DNA of 64,000 bases from a bacterium (GTDB lineage: Bacteria; Electryoneota; JAOADG01). Positions 62,905 through 64,000 of this stretch are shown here, piece after piece. The translations under genes and the position numbers were made by a program. The notes beneath the pieces were generated by a model, which was given only the letters and a program-made list of their open reading frames with translations, was not told the origin of the DNA and made no database searches. Position 1 is the stretch's first letter. Each line of letters begins with the position of its first letter. Location of the stretch: positions 3,296,001-3,360,000 of the forward strand of contig OY820579.1 of NCBI GenBank assembly GCA_963681965.1. The letters run 5' to 3'.

Positions 62905-62948
62905 TCGATTTGCATTCTCGCGCAAGCTGTTGCGCGAAGCATTTTCAT

Positions 62949-63024
<76 letters not shown>

Positions 63025-63061
63025 GTTTCGTCTTTTTTTATCCAGATAGGATACTTACGTC

Positions 63062-63373
63062 ATGTACGCAATAGCAGAAATCAGCGGCACGCAAATCAAG
63101 ATCAGCAGCGGCGATATCGTTCGTGTCCCGCATCAGAAACTCGATGTCGGTACCAGTATCACGATCGACAAATTCCTGTTCGCCGTCAAGGACGATGGCA
63201 CTGTCGCGCTGGGCAAGCCGTATTTGAACGGTTCCGCAACCGCGACCGTCGTCGAACACGACCGCGACCCGAAAATTCATTTGCTCCACAAGAAACGCCG
63301 CAAAGGCTACATCAAGCAGGGCGGACACCGGCAGCAATTTTCAATGATTAAAATCGAATCGATGGCGCTCTAA
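63062..63373 (+). CDS. rplU: 50S ribosomal protein L21
   Basis: MYAI.E..G.Q.K...GD, GKPY, KKRRKGY.K..GHRQ. Confidence 0.95.
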   Translation: MYAIAEISGTQIKISSGDIVRVPHQKLDVGTSITIDKFLFAVKDDGTVALGKPYLNGSATATVVEHDRDPKIHLLHKKRRKGYIKQGGHRQQFSMIKIESMAL

Positions 63374-63399
63374 GCGCAGCAGGGAATTTGGAGTAATTC

Positions 63400-63711
63400 A
63401 TGGCGCATAAAAAAGGTGTCGGCAGCTCGCGTAACGGTCGCGATTCGAAACCGAAGATGTTGGGTGTCAAGGCGGCAGGCGGCTCGTGGGTCGTACCCGG
63501 CAATATCATTGTTCGGCAGCGTGGTACGCAGTTTCATCCCGGCTTCAATGTCGGTATTGGACGCGATCACACGATCTTTGCGAAGATCGAAGGCAAGGTC
63601 AAATTCTACAAGCGGATGAATCGCAAGTGGATCATGGTCGAACCGGGTCTCAAGCCGTACTATGTCGACGATATCGAAGAGACCGAGATTGTGGCGGAAG
63701 TCGCTCAATAA
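63400..63711 (+). CDS. rpmA: 50S ribosomal protein L27
   Basis: [36 protein letters not shown]. Confidence 0.97.
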   Translation: MAHKKGVGSSRNGRDSKPKMLGVKAAGGSWVVPGNIIVRQRGTQFHPGFNVGIGRDHTIFAKIEGKVKFYKRMNRKWIMVEPGLKPYYVDDIEETEIVAEVAQ

Positions 63712-63732
63712 ATTTTTTACAATTGATTTTCG

Positions 63733-63763
63733 AAAGGCAGGCGGCAACGTCTGCCTTTTTTTT
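63733..63763 (+). terminator. intrinsic terminator after rpmA
   Basis: AAAGGCAGGCG-GCAA-CGTCTGCCTTT followed by a T run. Confidence 0.85.
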
Positions 63764-64000
63764 ATATCCCGATAAATTAGCTTGCGATTCCGAAAGTCGA
63801 CAACTACATTTTTACTATCATCATCTCTTTTCTGTTCTATTTTTTGAAAATAAGTTGTTATCGATAGTAGAGGCGGTTTGCGAACCGCCCGCATGTCAGG
63901 CGAGACCAGACACCGAATCCCTACAATTTATTTCCAAGAACCTCAATCATACTCTATCCCTATTTCTTTGCCGGAGTTGCCATGAATCGCTCGAAGCTAT

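Overview
A 64-kb bacterial chromosomal window with about 45 CDS. Its T9SS-type 'NYPNPFN' C-terminal domains and the efp-accB-accC-gcvH-gcvPA gene order suggest an FCB-group lineage (inference). Housekeeping content: FMN riboswitch with ribD-ribE-ribBA, trxA, a galT-like gene with two GH57 enzymes, nadC, pcrA/uvrD, mltG, a pseudouridine synthase, ligA, parAB, recG, a leucine-catabolism (mcc/HMG-CoA lyase) operon, hemW, an MsbA-like ABC transporter, tRNA-Phe, rplU and rpmA. The striking feature is intergenic. About 14 clusters (roughly 10% of the window, up to ~1.25 kb each) are mosaics of more than 10 different GTAG-initiated REP-like hairpin families plus a GTCATTGCGA...GCAATC palindrome family, reused as ordered higher-order modules. 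These mosaics surround two oppositely oriented paralogous secreted LVIVD beta-propeller genes with hypervariable codons. One of the two carries an in-frame TAA and is enclosed by a ~270-bp inverted repeat interrupted by an IS256-like element. An orphan 3' end of a further paralog lies upstream of it. Also noted: a divergent tail-less SSB next to an origin-like repeat region, a GalT homolog lacking its catalytic His, and a candidate ncRNA. No REP-associated transposase, reverse transcriptase or CRISPR array is visible.
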